IMG/VR virus record: IMGVR_UViG_2634166419_000001
Span: 1 to 64,000 of that record
Length of the DNA stretch: 64,000 nt
Reading direction: 5' to 3' (one strand)
Source of the DNA: a virus
Taxonomy: Duplodnaviria; Caudoviricetes
Position numbers and translations under genes: made by a program. Each line of letters opens with the position of its first letter. Position 1 is the first letter of the stretch. The notes under the pieces were generated by a model. It did not search any database and was not told the DNA's origin. It worked only from the letters and a program-made list of their open reading frames with translations. Positions 29,101 to 38,097 of this stretch are shown here, in pieces.

Positions 29101-31149
29101 GATATTCAGGTTAGAGAGGGTAGCAAATATATTCCGTGGAGTCCTTCTAGCAAGGATAGTCAATCACAGATTGATGGTATAAACACAAATCTATCTGATA
29201 ATTTTTATCAAAAAACAACAGTAGATAGCAAATTATCTACAGCGGTAAGTGGAATAACAGCTCAATACACAAAAGATATTAATACTAAGTTAGGTAATTA
29301 CTATGATAAGTCAACGATTGATAGTAAGTTGACAATTGATGGTCAAGGGATTGCTACATACGTTAAGAATACTCAAAGTAAGCTAGATAATTTAAGTGTC
29401 GGTGGAGCCAATTTAATCAGAGATACTGGCGAACCTTTTATTATGGGATGGGGTATCCCAAATACAACATGGGAAAATGGTAGGACGATATTAAGGTATG
29501 GCAGTGGGAACAACCCTATGACAAAAACTGAAATACTCCCCCAAAACGGGGCTTTTGATGAGTTTGTTATGAAACGAGGAGTGGTATATACTCAGTCGCT
29601 CATTGTAGAAACAGATGCTACTTTTGCACCTAATGGGGAATTTAATTTTTCGTGGTTTAGAATGTCTCCTACAGCACACAATTATAAAAAAGGAAATATT
29701 AAAAAAACCGGAAACGAGCAATACTTGATTTGGTGTACAGCTAGCGTAAATGAAGATAATTTCCGGTTAAGAGCTTTTGATGTTTTTGACTTACAAAATG
29801 TTCTTAGTTTTAATAATTCGGGTAGCTATATCGCTTTTTCTAAGCCGAAATTAGAAGAAGGTAATACACCTACGGCATGGTCTCCATCTCCAGAAGACAT
29901 GGCTACACTTACCCAATACACAGAAGTCAAGCAATTAGCCGACCGTATCTCATCAACCGTGTACGACAGCAGTACAGGCCTCGCAACTAAGGTCAATCAG
30001 CTGGCTGGCAAATATGCCATAACAGCTTTAAATAGCGCTGGCGATATATTAGCGTCGCTTAACCTAAACGCTAACACGTCAACAGCTGAAATTAACGCTA
30101 AATTAATCAGGTTAAATGGCTCCACGAAGATGGACGACGCGTTCGTTAATAAATTGGTGGCTAACAGTATTATTACCAACAAAATTAAGGCGACTGAGAT
30201 TAGTGGAGATATTATTAAAGGTGGAACGATACAAGGGGTTAAAATTATATCTAACAATGGTTCTGGCAACGTAGTATTAAATAATGGACGAATCGATATG
30301 GACTTAACCGAACAAAACGTTAATAGAAAGAGTGTGGGTAAATTTACCCCGTCGTATATAACAATGGCCAGCTATATTAATGGGTCAAATTTAGATGGGT
30401 CAGTCTCCTTTGATTACACTGGATTTGTTTCAAAAATAAAAGATGACAGCGGAACAATTCGAGAACGTCGTACACAGTTCGGCTCGGAGTCCTTGAGCAT
30501 ATATCCACTCACAAGTTCTGGAGACACTTTAAATTCTGGGATTAGATTATACGGAAAATATGCTTATATCGATTTAAACGGTAATAAAACTACTAAAGTT
30601 AACGGTACTGTATCTCGAATTGTATCGAATCCAGATGGAAATATGCAGATTATTAATTATGACGGTAATATCTATTTAAACACGAAAAACGGCGAAAATC
30701 CCGTTTCGAACGGATACAAGATACCTTACACGTTTACAGATGGTAATATGGGAATACGAGTTGCAAGGATAGCGAATCCGACATCTTCTGGGGCGTATTT
30801 AGAATTATCTAACATGGTAGGTAAAGCGTGGGGCGTATCAATGTGGGCATCTGACCAACGCCTAAAATCAAATATTAAACCACCAACGCAAGACGCCTTA
30901 GATACAATCAACAAACTACAAGTACGTCAGTTTGACTGGAAATCTGACAACGTACACGAGGATTTTGGGTTAATCGCTCAAGAAGTCGAACAAGTCCTAC
31001 CTAATGCCGTATTTAAGGTGGGAGACTATTACCAAATCAAAGATAGTGGCTTAATCCCAGTATTAATTGGCGCAGTCCAAACATTATCAAAAAAAGTAAA
31101 TCTATTAGAAAGCATAATCTATAACACAAAAGGAGGTAATCTATTATGA
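26167..31149 (+). CDS. Tal/central tail fibre with two CBM-like modules and C-terminal S74 chaperone
   Basis: N-terminal tail domain, Ala-rich coiled coils, two NL..WSP modules, SDQRLKSNI and GLIAQEV. Confidence 0.85.
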   Translation: MDHIRIAIRDSTDSMNICFLDNKAGIKFHEATLQRFLKGTCNFLTLKFYGKDIDTIYPGCRLAFKYADNDYWLTINSFEKNGYECSLTAYSLSLETNKEKRKAFKAPKWTFKQYLDYIDPEHSLTLGLNEVASQSMQLEWSGTDTILARLFSIANSFGAELEFVTELNDDYSLKRHVLNVYKVGNIGKDKTGMPIRVGKSLKVINYTANIDELYTAIRVHGKDGLTIQGLDKKVYDEDNNLLYYTQGDTLYAPQARDRFPAIAHKASDSFICLESEDTEHATKEALYAYMLGELKKHSEPKIDYETEGYVDGEIGDRMLLIDSVHYDPPLYVQARISEQTISLLDKSKNKTVFTNYERKKSEIANELLAKMNALIEENKVFDVQILTTNGYSFKNGFGETTLTARVMDGPKDVTNEFSLTWFKNSTEYSHDASIIVRAGSIDELATFLVIAEKDGRERGRNELTVFNIKDGQPGKTPVVHLAWADSADGSVGFTLELPTDWIPKYRGYYVDYSTVASTNPKLYKWERNPDDAAKVADEAKDKADAADSKADSAIDTANSAKDTADEASKQTALVNGLANAAKDLADKAKADAAEANRLIGLTNTEISKLNTNVDNVKSDLASAETELASKIETVKTTLTQNYATKTNLSETQLTLNKTITDSVASVKQEMSEKYAVKSDLTTLQGEYNSFKEETAKKISQQVSSIETIQTNTTEAQKLAGNAYNKAQSAATSATNASSTANSALDKASNATNVANSASQNATNAVASANSAVSTANTAKENAIKAIADVAALTKTVSSQSTKIEQTSNRIDLVANGITEVGNKLDNLKLSDDNLLEKTDTSVFGKGNWFNNGDGNISLDNSVKYQGRPTLKLDFTQNSSGAKNNQYITLKPDTEYYYSAVIKSNKSFNVGNSTPLHIWMHNTTATGNHAEISISYEPNTVKANEWTTVIRKFKTPKDYDTYYLYVLLYGLSGVVINVADIQVREGSKYIPWSPSSKDSQSQIDGINTNLSDNFYQKTTVDSKLSTAVSGITAQYTKDINTKLGNYYDKSTIDSKLTIDGQGIATYVKNTQSKLDNLSVGGANLIRDTGEPFIMGWGIPNTTWENGRTILRYGSGNNPMTKTEILPQNGAFDEFVMKRGVVYTQSLIVETDATFAPNGEFNFSWFRMSPTAHNYKKGNIKKTGNEQYLIWCTASVNEDNFRLRAFDVFDLQNVLSFNNSGSYIAFSKPKLEEGNTPTAWSPSPEDMATLTQYTEVKQLADRISSTVYDSSTGLATKVNQLAGKYAITALNSAGDILASLNLNANTSTAEINAKLIRLNGSTKMDDAFVNKLVANSIITNKIKATEISGDIIKGGTIQGVKIISNNGSGNVVLNNGRIDMDLTEQNVNRKSVGKFTPSYITMASYINGSNLDGSVSFDYTGFVSKIKDDSGTIRERRTQFGSESLSIYPLTSSGDTLNSGIRLYGKYAYIDLNGNKTTKVNGTVSRIVSNPDGNMQIINYDGNIYLNTKNGENPVSNGYKIPYTFTDGNMGIRVARIANPTSSGAYLELSNMVGKAWGVSMWASDQRLKSNIKPPTQDALDTINKLQVRQFDWKSDNVHEDFGLIAQEVEQVLPNAVFKVGDYYQIKDSGLIPVLIGAVQTLSKKVNLLESIIYNTKGGNLL

Positions 31150-31367
31150 TTACAACAAACATTACAAACGTAAACTTACAAGTAGAAGAAGGACAAATTA
31201 CTAATGCAACAGTATTTATGAACGCAAATATCGGCTTTATTAGCTTAGCTGCTAACGTTCCTTTGAATAACGAAAGCGGCTATAATTTAAACGAGCTAAC
31301 ACCTAACAAATGGTTTGAAAAAGCCAAAGAAGAATTTGTCAAAGAATTAACTGGAGGTATTGAATAA
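31146..31367 (+). CDS. Hypothetical protein
   Basis: SD AGGAGG, coupled to fibre gene. Confidence 0.7.
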   Translation: MITTNITNVNLQVEEGQITNATVFMNANIGFISLAANVPLNNESGYNLNELTPNKWFEKAKEEFVKELTGGIE

Positions 31368-31368
31368 T

Positions 31369-31527
31369 ATGATGAACCAGTTAGTACAGGAACGCTTAGG
31401 GCAATTGGAGTTAGAACGATTGCAACTAGTAGCTACGATTGGCGAAAAGGATAAGGAAATTGCTGATTTGAAGGCAGAGTTAGCTACTTATAAGGAAAAC
31501 GAAGTAGAAGCAGAAAGTGAAGAATAG
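31369..31527 (+). CDS. Small coiled-coil protein (52 aa), not in ORF track
   Basis: SD GGAGG; MMNQLVQERLGQLELERLQL. Confidence 0.6.
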   Translation: MMNQLVQERLGQLELERLQLVATIGEKDKEIADLKAELATYKENEVEAESEE

Positions 31528-31578
31528 TTAACTATGGGTGTGGATATCTTCGTCCACATCCTTTTATTTTAGGAAGAA

Positions 31579-31980
31579 TTGGTGGTTAAAATGATGATAA
31601 TTGATAATTTAAAACTGTTAGCAGAATTTAGACATTTATTAAACAATGCGTTTATTCAGATTTTAGTATTGATAGTGTTATTTGATATTTTAACAGGTAT
31701 GGTTAATGGGCTGAAAGGCAAGAAAGGTAATAGCACGAAAGGCCTTTTGGGAGTAGTTAAACACTTGCTAGTTGTGTTATTGGTTATCGTGGCTTATCCA
31801 TATATGCGAGTCATGGGAATGTCATTGACAGCCAACGCATTCGTAATTTTCTACATTGCAGTTTACGGCATTTCGGTCACTGAAAATCTAGGACAGTTAG
31901 GATTGCCACTACCTAAATTTGTAATTGAACGTTTGGAAAAATTACGTGATGAAGCAGACAAAGGAGATGATGTAAAATGA
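31579..31980 (+). CDS. Holin (phage_holin_4-like)
   Basis: Three TM segments, DILTG, SVTENLGQLGLPLP. Confidence 0.88.
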   Translation: MVVKMMIIDNLKLLAEFRHLLNNAFIQILVLIVLFDILTGMVNGLKGKKGNSTKGLLGVVKHLLVVLLVIVAYPYMRVMGMSLTANAFVIFYIAVYGISVTENLGQLGLPLPKFVIERLEKLRDEADKGDDVK

Positions 31981-32693
31981 TAGATATTAATAAAGCTATC
32001 GATTATATGTACCAACTAAAAAATCGTGGTGTTACTTACAGTATGTCAGGTAGTCGTATCGGTACAGATGGGACAGCAGATTGCTCAGGCGCAGTCTATA
32101 TTTCACTTGTTAAAGGTGGAGCAAAACCGCATAGTTATCCAGTTAACACAGAGAGCGAACACGCATGGTTAATCGCCAACGGTTTTGAGTTAATAGCTTT
32201 TAATAAATCATGGAATATGCAACGTGGAGATGTGTTGATTTTCGGACTCAAAGGACAATCCGCAGGTGCAGGAGGACATACAGCTATTGCGGTTGACCAC
32301 AACAACGTAATTCATTGTAATTACGCACACAACGGGGTTAGTGTTAATCCTGAGACGACCATGCCATACAGTATGGGTTGGTATGTTTATCGTTATAAAG
32401 GTGCCAAACCTAATCCACAACCACAAGCAAAACCGCAGCCTACAGGCATTCACTGGATTAAAGAAGAATGGCACTTTACATTAAGCGAACGCATTAAATT
32501 GCGAACAGCGCCAAACACATCGGCTACAATCATTGCAGAATTGCAACCAGGTGATGTGGTTAAATATGATGCATATTGCTATAGTGGCGGCTACGTGTGG
32601 ATTCGTCAAAAGCGTGGAAATGGCTATGGGTATTTAGCTACTGGTCAATGCGTAGGAAACAAACGCACAAGTTACTGGGGGTCGTTTAATTAA
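31977..32693 (+). CDS. Endolysin (Amidase_5/NlpC-type + SH3_5)
   Basis: YSM..R, DCSGAV, GAGGHT, IHCNY; SH3b C-terminus GYVWI. Confidence 0.9.
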   Translation: MIDINKAIDYMYQLKNRGVTYSMSGSRIGTDGTADCSGAVYISLVKGGAKPHSYPVNTESEHAWLIANGFELIAFNKSWNMQRGDVLIFGLKGQSAGAGGHTAIAVDHNNVIHCNYAHNGVSVNPETTMPYSMGWYVYRYKGAKPNPQPQAKPQPTGIHWIKEEWHFTLSERIKLRTAPNTSATIIAELQPGDVVKYDAYCYSGGYVWIRQKRGNGYGYLATGQCVGNKRTSYWGSFN

Positions 32694-32731
32694 ACGTTGA
32701 CCACGCGATTAATCAGTGATATATTTAAAAC

Positions 32732-32810
32732 ACCTAAATAATATTTAATCATATTATTGTAGGCCGTTTTCACATAGCCCTAGCCATTCGTGGTTAGGGC
32801 TTATTTTTTT
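32732..32810 (+). ncRNA. Candidate ~80-nt sRNA ending in the lysis-operon terminator
   Basis: TTGACC-17-TGaTATATT promoter, internal hairpin, AGCCCTAGCCA/TGGTTAGGGCT terminator, no ORF. Confidence 0.4.
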
Positions 32811-32962
32811 AAGTGGCAAAAAAGGGGCATAATTTGGCAAATGGTTGATATATTTTGATATATCAGATAACAAAGAAAACCGTATAGATTGTTAGTCTGA
32901 TACGGTTTGAGATGCTTTGATATAACTTGGTATATGTGTGTTAAGTTCTGTATAGGGGAAGT
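32811..32962. other. Probable attR region of prophage 1
   Basis: Arm-site-like repeats GTGGCAAA/GGGGCATA/TTGGCAAA after the lysis terminator; core unconfirmed without attL. Confidence 0.45.
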
Positions 32963-32992
32963 AATCTAAATGATTGGAAAAAGGATAGCAGT

Positions 32993-33044
32993 AAATTAAA
33001 TGGTGCTTTTGTCTGAAAAAACAAGAGTGCCATTTAATTTTTTT
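32993..33044 (+). terminator. Host intrinsic terminator
   Basis: AAATTAAATGGTGCTTTTGT/ACAAGAGTGCCATTTAATTT plus T-run. Confidence 0.6.
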
Positions 33045-33158
33045 ATGCACACTTTGATTCGCTCAAGGTGTTTTTTTGTGCCTGATTTGTTAACTTGTTT
33101 TTATTCCATATGTAGGATAAAATGGAGAAGTGTGATTTTATAGAAAAGGAAGGAAATC

Positions 33159-34094
33159 ATGGAAGGCATTTTACCTTTATGGAAAGAACGTGGCTTAACG
33201 AGTCATGACTGTGTATTTAAGTTACGCAAAATTTTACATATGAAAAAGATTGGTCATAGCGGGACTTTGGATCCTGATGTTGATGGCATTTTACCAATCT
33301 GTATCGGACGAGCGACTAAGGTTGTTGAATTTTTGACGGATTCTGGAAAAGTATATGAAGGCGAAATTACTCTAGGCTATTCGACGACGACAGAGGATGC
33401 GAGTGGGGAGATTGTTGATTTAACACCCGTTGAAAAAGTTCTGTCAAATGAATTGATTGATAGCACAATGCAGACTTTTATTGGTGAGATTACGCAAATT
33501 CCACCCATGTATTCAGCAGTTAGAGTGAATGGTAAGCGATTATATGAATATGCACGTAATGGCGAAACTGTTGAAAGACCTGTCAGAAAAGCTCAAATTT
33601 ATCGCTTTCAAAGAATCACGGAACCGGTCTTTGATGCGCAAAAACACACGCTATCTTGGCGCTTTCAGGTAGCTTGTGGCAAAGGTACTTATGTTCGTAC
33701 GCTAGCTGTTGATTTAGGGAAAAAATTAGGCTTTGCTGCTCATATGTCCGATTTAACACGGATAAAAAGTGGTGGTTTTACCAAAGAGCAAGCCGTAACT
33801 TTAGACCAAGTAGCTCAAGCGATGGCAAACAATGAGGTAGAAAAGCTGCTTTTACCCATTGAGTATGGGGTTCGTGATTTTCCACGCATTGATATTTCTG
33901 AAGAGTTGACCAAAAAAGTGATGAATGGGATGCGGATTCCGTATTGGCAATTTGGTTTTAATACTTGTCCAGATCGTCCAATCGCCTTATATTATAACAA
34001 TCAGGTATTAAGTATCTATGAAGTAAGTCCAAGTGACAAAAATAAGCTTAAACCACAGAAAATGTTAAGAACGCAATTAGAAATGAAGGAATAA
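33159..34094 (+). CDS. truB: tRNA pseudouridine(55) synthase
   Basis: GHSGTLDP, QIPPMYSA, CGKGTYVRTL. Confidence 0.97.
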   Translation: MEGILPLWKERGLTSHDCVFKLRKILHMKKIGHSGTLDPDVDGILPICIGRATKVVEFLTDSGKVYEGEITLGYSTTTEDASGEIVDLTPVEKVLSNELIDSTMQTFIGEITQIPPMYSAVRVNGKRLYEYARNGETVERPVRKAQIYRFQRITEPVFDAQKHTLSWRFQVACGKGTYVRTLAVDLGKKLGFAAHMSDLTRIKSGGFTKEQAVTLDQVAQAMANNEVEKLLLPIEYGVRDFPRIDISEELTKKVMNGMRIPYWQFGFNTCPDRPIALYYNNQVLSIYEVSPSDKNKLKPQKMLRTQLEMKE

Positions 34095-34099
34095 TAGTT

Positions 34100-35053
34100 A
34101 TGAATATCATTGAATTAAGACATCCGTTTGAAAAAGAACGCGTAATCAAGGAAGAGGTTGTTTTGGTGCTAGGCTTTTTTGACGGGGTACATCGCGGACA
34201 TCAAGCAGTGATTGAACAAGGGAAAAAACTAGCAAAAGAAAAGAATCTGAAACTAGCACTGATGACTTTTAACCAACACCCATCCATTGTTTTTCAAAAA
34301 ATGTCTAAAGAAACGATGACCTATTTAACGAGCATGAATCAAAAAGCGCAATTGTTTGAAAAAGCTGGGGTGGATTTATTATATGTGGTTGATTTTACTT
34401 CAGCCTTTGCAAAATTAACGCCCGAAGAATTTATCGAACAATATATCATTGGGTTACATGCTAAAGTAGTTGTGGCTGGATTTGACTATACATTTGGCTA
34501 TCAAGGAAAAGCAACAATGACAGATTTAGCGCAATTAGCGAACCAACGCTTTGAAGTAATCGAAGTGCCTGAATTAAGCGAACATGGACAAAAGGTTAGT
34601 TCGACCGCCATTCGCCAAGCTTTGGCAAAAGGCGATATGCAAGCAGTCAATGAATTATTAGGCTATCCTTATACGATAGAAGGAACAGTGATGCATGGCG
34701 ATGCGCGTGGCCGAACACTGGGATTTCCTACAGCGAATATTCGTTTTGCCCCAACGACGCGCTTACCAATCGAAGGCGTGTATGTTTGTGAATTTAAAGT
34801 GGGGAATACCTGGCATCAAGCAATGGGATCAATTGGCCATAATGATACGTTTGGAGAAGGCCGTAAATTAACAGTAGAGGTCTATATTTTAGATTTTCAT
34901 CAAGAAATTTATGGAGAATTTGTGGAAGTGCGTTGGTTACATCTACTCCGTGAACAAATTAAATTTGATGGAGCTGAGCGTTTGATTCAACAACTCCATC
35001 AAGATGAGGTAGATACAAGAGCATATTTTGCGACCTTAGCGAAGGAATCATGA
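34100..35053 (+). CDS. ribF: Bifunctional riboflavin kinase/FAD synthetase
   Basis: GFFDGVHRGH, VSSTAIR, GRTLGFPTAN; follows truB. Confidence 0.96.
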   Translation: MNIIELRHPFEKERVIKEEVVLVLGFFDGVHRGHQAVIEQGKKLAKEKNLKLALMTFNQHPSIVFQKMSKETMTYLTSMNQKAQLFEKAGVDLLYVVDFTSAFAKLTPEEFIEQYIIGLHAKVVVAGFDYTFGYQGKATMTDLAQLANQRFEVIEVPELSEHGQKVSSTAIRQALAKGDMQAVNELLGYPYTIEGTVMHGDARGRTLGFPTANIRFAPTTRLPIEGVYVCEFKVGNTWHQAMGSIGHNDTFGEGRKLTVEVYILDFHQEIYGEFVEVRWLHLLREQIKFDGAERLIQQLHQDEVDTRAYFATLAKES

Positions 35054-35245
35054 TTTTTGAACATTAATTAGCTGAAATTCTTCGCTATCAGGCACTTTTA
35101 TGATGAGAAATCCGTCTGGCAAAGTCGCAGGGGAAACGTCTTTGATATTTTTTCCGCTTGCAATCTGTGCCATACGGATTAATTCTTTTTCATCTTTGCT
35201 GCTGGCTACCAGATTTCCGAGATTAAAAAGGGCATTTTCTTCCAT
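35048..35245 (-). CDS. Small hypothetical protein
   Basis: SD AAGGAGG before ATG; TG-N-TATAAT upstream. Confidence 0.55.
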   Translation of the reverse strand: MEENALFNLGNLVASSKDEKELIRMAQIASGKNIKDVSPATLPDGFLIIKVPDSEEFQLINVQKS

Positions 35246-35295
35246 GACAATCACCTCCTTGTGTATATTATATCAAAAATGAGAAAGAAAGGGGG

Positions 35296-36444
35296 ATGGA
35301 AATGTTAGAGGCGGTTTCAAGTTATATTCATATACCTTTTTGTGAGCATATCTGTTATTATTGCGATTTTAATAAAGTCTTTTATGAAGGACAACCCGTA
35401 GATGAGTACCTAGAAAAACTGGATTTGGAAATGAAATTATGGATAGAAAAATATCCGCAACAACAAACACCAACCATCTACATTGGGGGAGGGACGCCAA
35501 CTTCTTTAAATGATGCTCAGTTACGTTCCTTATTAACAAGCGTAACCAAATATTTTGATGTGACGACAACCAAAGAATTTACTGTTGAAGCGAACCCAGG
35601 AGATTTAACAGAAAATAAACTTCATATTATGCAAGAATTTGGGGTCAATCGGTTATCAATGGGTGTGCAGACTTTTAATGACCGCTTGCTAAAGAAAATT
35701 GGTCGGAAGCATACGGTTAAAGATGTGGATGATACACTGAACTTTTTAGCGAAGAATCATTTTGATAATGTGAGTATTGATTTGATTTATGCTTTACCAG
35801 GTCAGACGCAGCAAGATTTTGATGAGACCTTAAAGCAAGCACTTAGTTATGACTTGCCACATTACTCGATGTATTCTTTGATTTTGGAAAATAAGACGAT
35901 GTTTATGAATTGGGTGCGCAAAGGTCGATTAGAATTACCTAGCCAGGAAGAAGAGGCGGGAATGTTTGCCTTGGCGATGGATGTGATGTGTCAAAAAGGT
36001 TATGAGCAGTATGAAGTTTCAAACTTTGCTAAACCAGGCTTTCAGTCACAGCACAACCTTGTTTACTGGAATAATGAGTACTACTTTGGCTTCGGCGCTG
36101 GGGCTAGTGGATATGTCGACAAAGTAAGATATAAAAATCATGGCCCGATTCAACATTATTTAAATCCTTTACGAAACCAACAATTGCCCATTTTCTCTGA
36201 AGAAACCTTAGATCAAAAAGCACGTATGGAAGAGGAGATGTTTTTAGGGCTCCGTAAAGCACAAGGCGTCTCCATTGCGCACTTTAATGAGAAATTTGGT
36301 GTTGATTTCCATCAAATATACGGTTCTGTTGTTGGAAATTATGTATCTAAAGGATTACTCAATCAAACGGATAACGGCTATATTCAACTAACCAAAAAAG
36401 GACTTTTTCTAGGGAATGAAGTATTTGAGGGATTCTTACTTTAG
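35296..36444 (+). CDS. hemW: Radical SAM heme chaperone (HemN-like)
   Basis: YIHIPFC..ICYYCDF, GGGTP, YEVSN, HNLVYW. Confidence 0.95.
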   Translation: MEMLEAVSSYIHIPFCEHICYYCDFNKVFYEGQPVDEYLEKLDLEMKLWIEKYPQQQTPTIYIGGGTPTSLNDAQLRSLLTSVTKYFDVTTTKEFTVEANPGDLTENKLHIMQEFGVNRLSMGVQTFNDRLLKKIGRKHTVKDVDDTLNFLAKNHFDNVSIDLIYALPGQTQQDFDETLKQALSYDLPHYSMYSLILENKTMFMNWVRKGRLELPSQEEEAGMFALAMDVMCQKGYEQYEVSNFAKPGFQSQHNLVYWNNEYYFGFGAGASGYVDKVRYKNHGPIQHYLNPLRNQQLPIFSEETLDQKARMEEEMFLGLRKAQGVSIAHFNEKFGVDFHQIYGSVVGNYVSKGLLNQTDNGYIQLTKKGLFLGNEVFEGFLL

Positions 36445-36617
36445 CTTGTGATTTCATTGTATCTTAATACTGAATAGCTTTCAAAAGTTATGATTTTTCG
36501 TGTATCTTTTTTGATATTGATACTTATTTGTTAAATTGATATTTTTTCAAAACTTTTGAACGAAATACAGTAGGAAGTATTCAGATGAATAGATTATACT
36601 TATAATGAATACAATAT

Positions 36618-36676
36618 AGACTCACTAGGTGTAAGATCATTTATTTTGTGATATTACACCTTAGTGAGTCTTTTGT
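36618..36676 (+). terminator. Long imperfect hairpin near the prophage 2 left junction
   Basis: AGACTCACTAGGTGTAA/TTACACCTTAGTGAGTCT followed by TTT. Confidence 0.5.
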
Positions 36677-36827
36677 GTCAAATATTTATATTGCAAAAAG
36701 ATAGCTGTACTATTAGTGTGAGTGATCTAAATGATATGAGTTATATTTCATGTTTTTCAAGTTTGTACATAACTATAATAAAATCGCTCGGAACGCTGGT
36801 ATCAACGCTTTTGCTCCTCTGTCTAAA

Positions 36828-37997
36828 TCATTGACTGCCATTTTGAATGCCATTGACAAAATCGACGAACTTATCCAAAGTGCCGACTTCGTATTCTTTA
36901 GATAAGTGACCATACGTGTCCATAGTCACGGTAATGGATCCGTGGCGCAGACGAGTTTGCACCTCCTTAAGGTTAGCACCTGCCTCGATTAAAAAACTCG
37001 CGTGCGTGTGCCTGGTTGCGTGGTTGCCATAAAAAGGCACGCCCGCGTTTTTGGTTGCTCTTCTGAGTTGATAATAAACATCAGAGGAAAATACCCAGTC
37101 GCCCTCAAGTTTGCTAAAAATAGGCGGCTCGCCTGTTAAGCCAATTGCTAAACGGGCCTTTTTCTTATACGCTCGCCACGTTTTTAAAATCCTTAATGTT
37201 TGCTCATCAACGGGTAACACTGCAACACTAGCCTTTGTTTTAGGTTTGCCAACAGTCAGCTTACTATCAACAAGCTTGAGCGTTTTGTCAATGTTTAAGG
37301 TTTTAGCCTTAAAATCTATATCGGACCATTCGAGCGCGAGAGCCTCATTGATGCGCAAGCCAGTGAAGAAAAGTAAACGAAACAGCGCGTACATGAAATA
37401 ACCATCATAATCAGATTGGTTATCTTTTAGATACGCCATAAGTGTATTAAAATCTTGTTTAGCGTACACTTTAACGCGTTTGTGAGCATCTCCTTTAGGC
37501 TTAATAACAGACTCCATTGGGTTAATACTTATCAAGTCCATGGTAATGGCGTATTTAAAGATACGACTAGCCTTGCATGTCAGTGCTCCGAGTGCTGAGT
37601 ATTGTAAATACCAATCATTCACCGCCTGTTGGCATTCCACCCTTGTGATGTCCTTAATAGGTCGGTCACCAAATTTAGGGTATAGATAGTTTTTTAAGAT
37701 GTTTTTGGTTCCTTGATACGTTACATCCTGCACGGTTAACTTGTAGCTGGTTAACCAAAGCTCGGCCACCTCTTTAAAAGTTAAGCTATCTATGCTATCA
37801 TTTTCTTGTGAGGCCCACGTATCTGCATCAAATTCAGCGAGTAACTGACTGCAGGCGCGTTGGGCTTGTTTTTTTGTCTCAAAGCCACGCCTTGTGGTCT
37901 TGATACGCTTTCCTGTTTTCGGGTCAGTACCAAGATAAGCGGAAAATTGCCACGCTTCTTGGCCGTTCTTTTTGGTGTATTTTTTAAAATTTGCCAT
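36828..37997 (-). CDS. int: Tyrosine integrase
   Basis: Arm-binding N-terminus, TGLRINE, HATRHTHAS, RLRH..TMDTYGH. Confidence 0.95.
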   Translation of the reverse strand: MANFKKYTKKNGQEAWQFSAYLGTDPKTGKRIKTTRRGFETKKQAQRACSQLLAEFDADTWASQENDSIDSLTFKEVAELWLTSYKLTVQDVTYQGTKNILKNYLYPKFGDRPIKDITRVECQQAVNDWYLQYSALGALTCKASRIFKYAITMDLISINPMESVIKPKGDAHKRVKVYAKQDFNTLMAYLKDNQSDYDGYFMYALFRLLFFTGLRINEALALEWSDIDFKAKTLNIDKTLKLVDSKLTVGKPKTKASVAVLPVDEQTLRILKTWRAYKKKARLAIGLTGEPPIFSKLEGDWVFSSDVYYQLRRATKNAGVPFYGNHATRHTHASFLIEAGANLKEVQTRLRHGSITVTMDTYGHLSKEYEVGTLDKFVDFVNGIQNGSQ

Positions 37998-38055
37998 TTT
38001 AATTCCTCCTAAAGTTTGTCCGGGCGGGGCTTATCTTTAGGGAATATTAGGCAAT

Positions 38056-38092
38056 AAAGGCCTGAGACGCATTTACTACACCCAGGCCTTTT
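38056..38092. terminator. Hairpin/terminator between ltp and int
   Basis: AAAGGCCTGAG/CCCAGGCCTTT. Confidence 0.6.
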
Positions 38093-38097
38093 GCTTA

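Larger units (their letters stand above)
1..32960. mobile_element. Prophage 1, siphovirus-type temperate phage (left end and integrase outside window)
   Basis: Contiguous lysogeny, replication, head, tail and lysis modules ending before host truB; right boundary approximate. Confidence 0.95.

Noticed and set aside
26167-31149. Diversity-generating retroelement target in the fibre gene
   Set aside because: No reverse transcriptase and no template/variable repeat pair seen
32778-32788. CCCTAGCCATT shared with the lipoprotein antisense hairpin
   Set aside because: 11 nt locked in a terminator stem; chance cannot be excluded
32940-32965. tRNA 3' fragment as att core
   Set aside because: No T-arm or cloverleaf visible, and attL is outside the window
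36445-36800. CIRCE element or CRISPR leader after hemW
   Set aside because: No TTAGCACTC-N9-GAGTGCTAA and no repeat-spacer units
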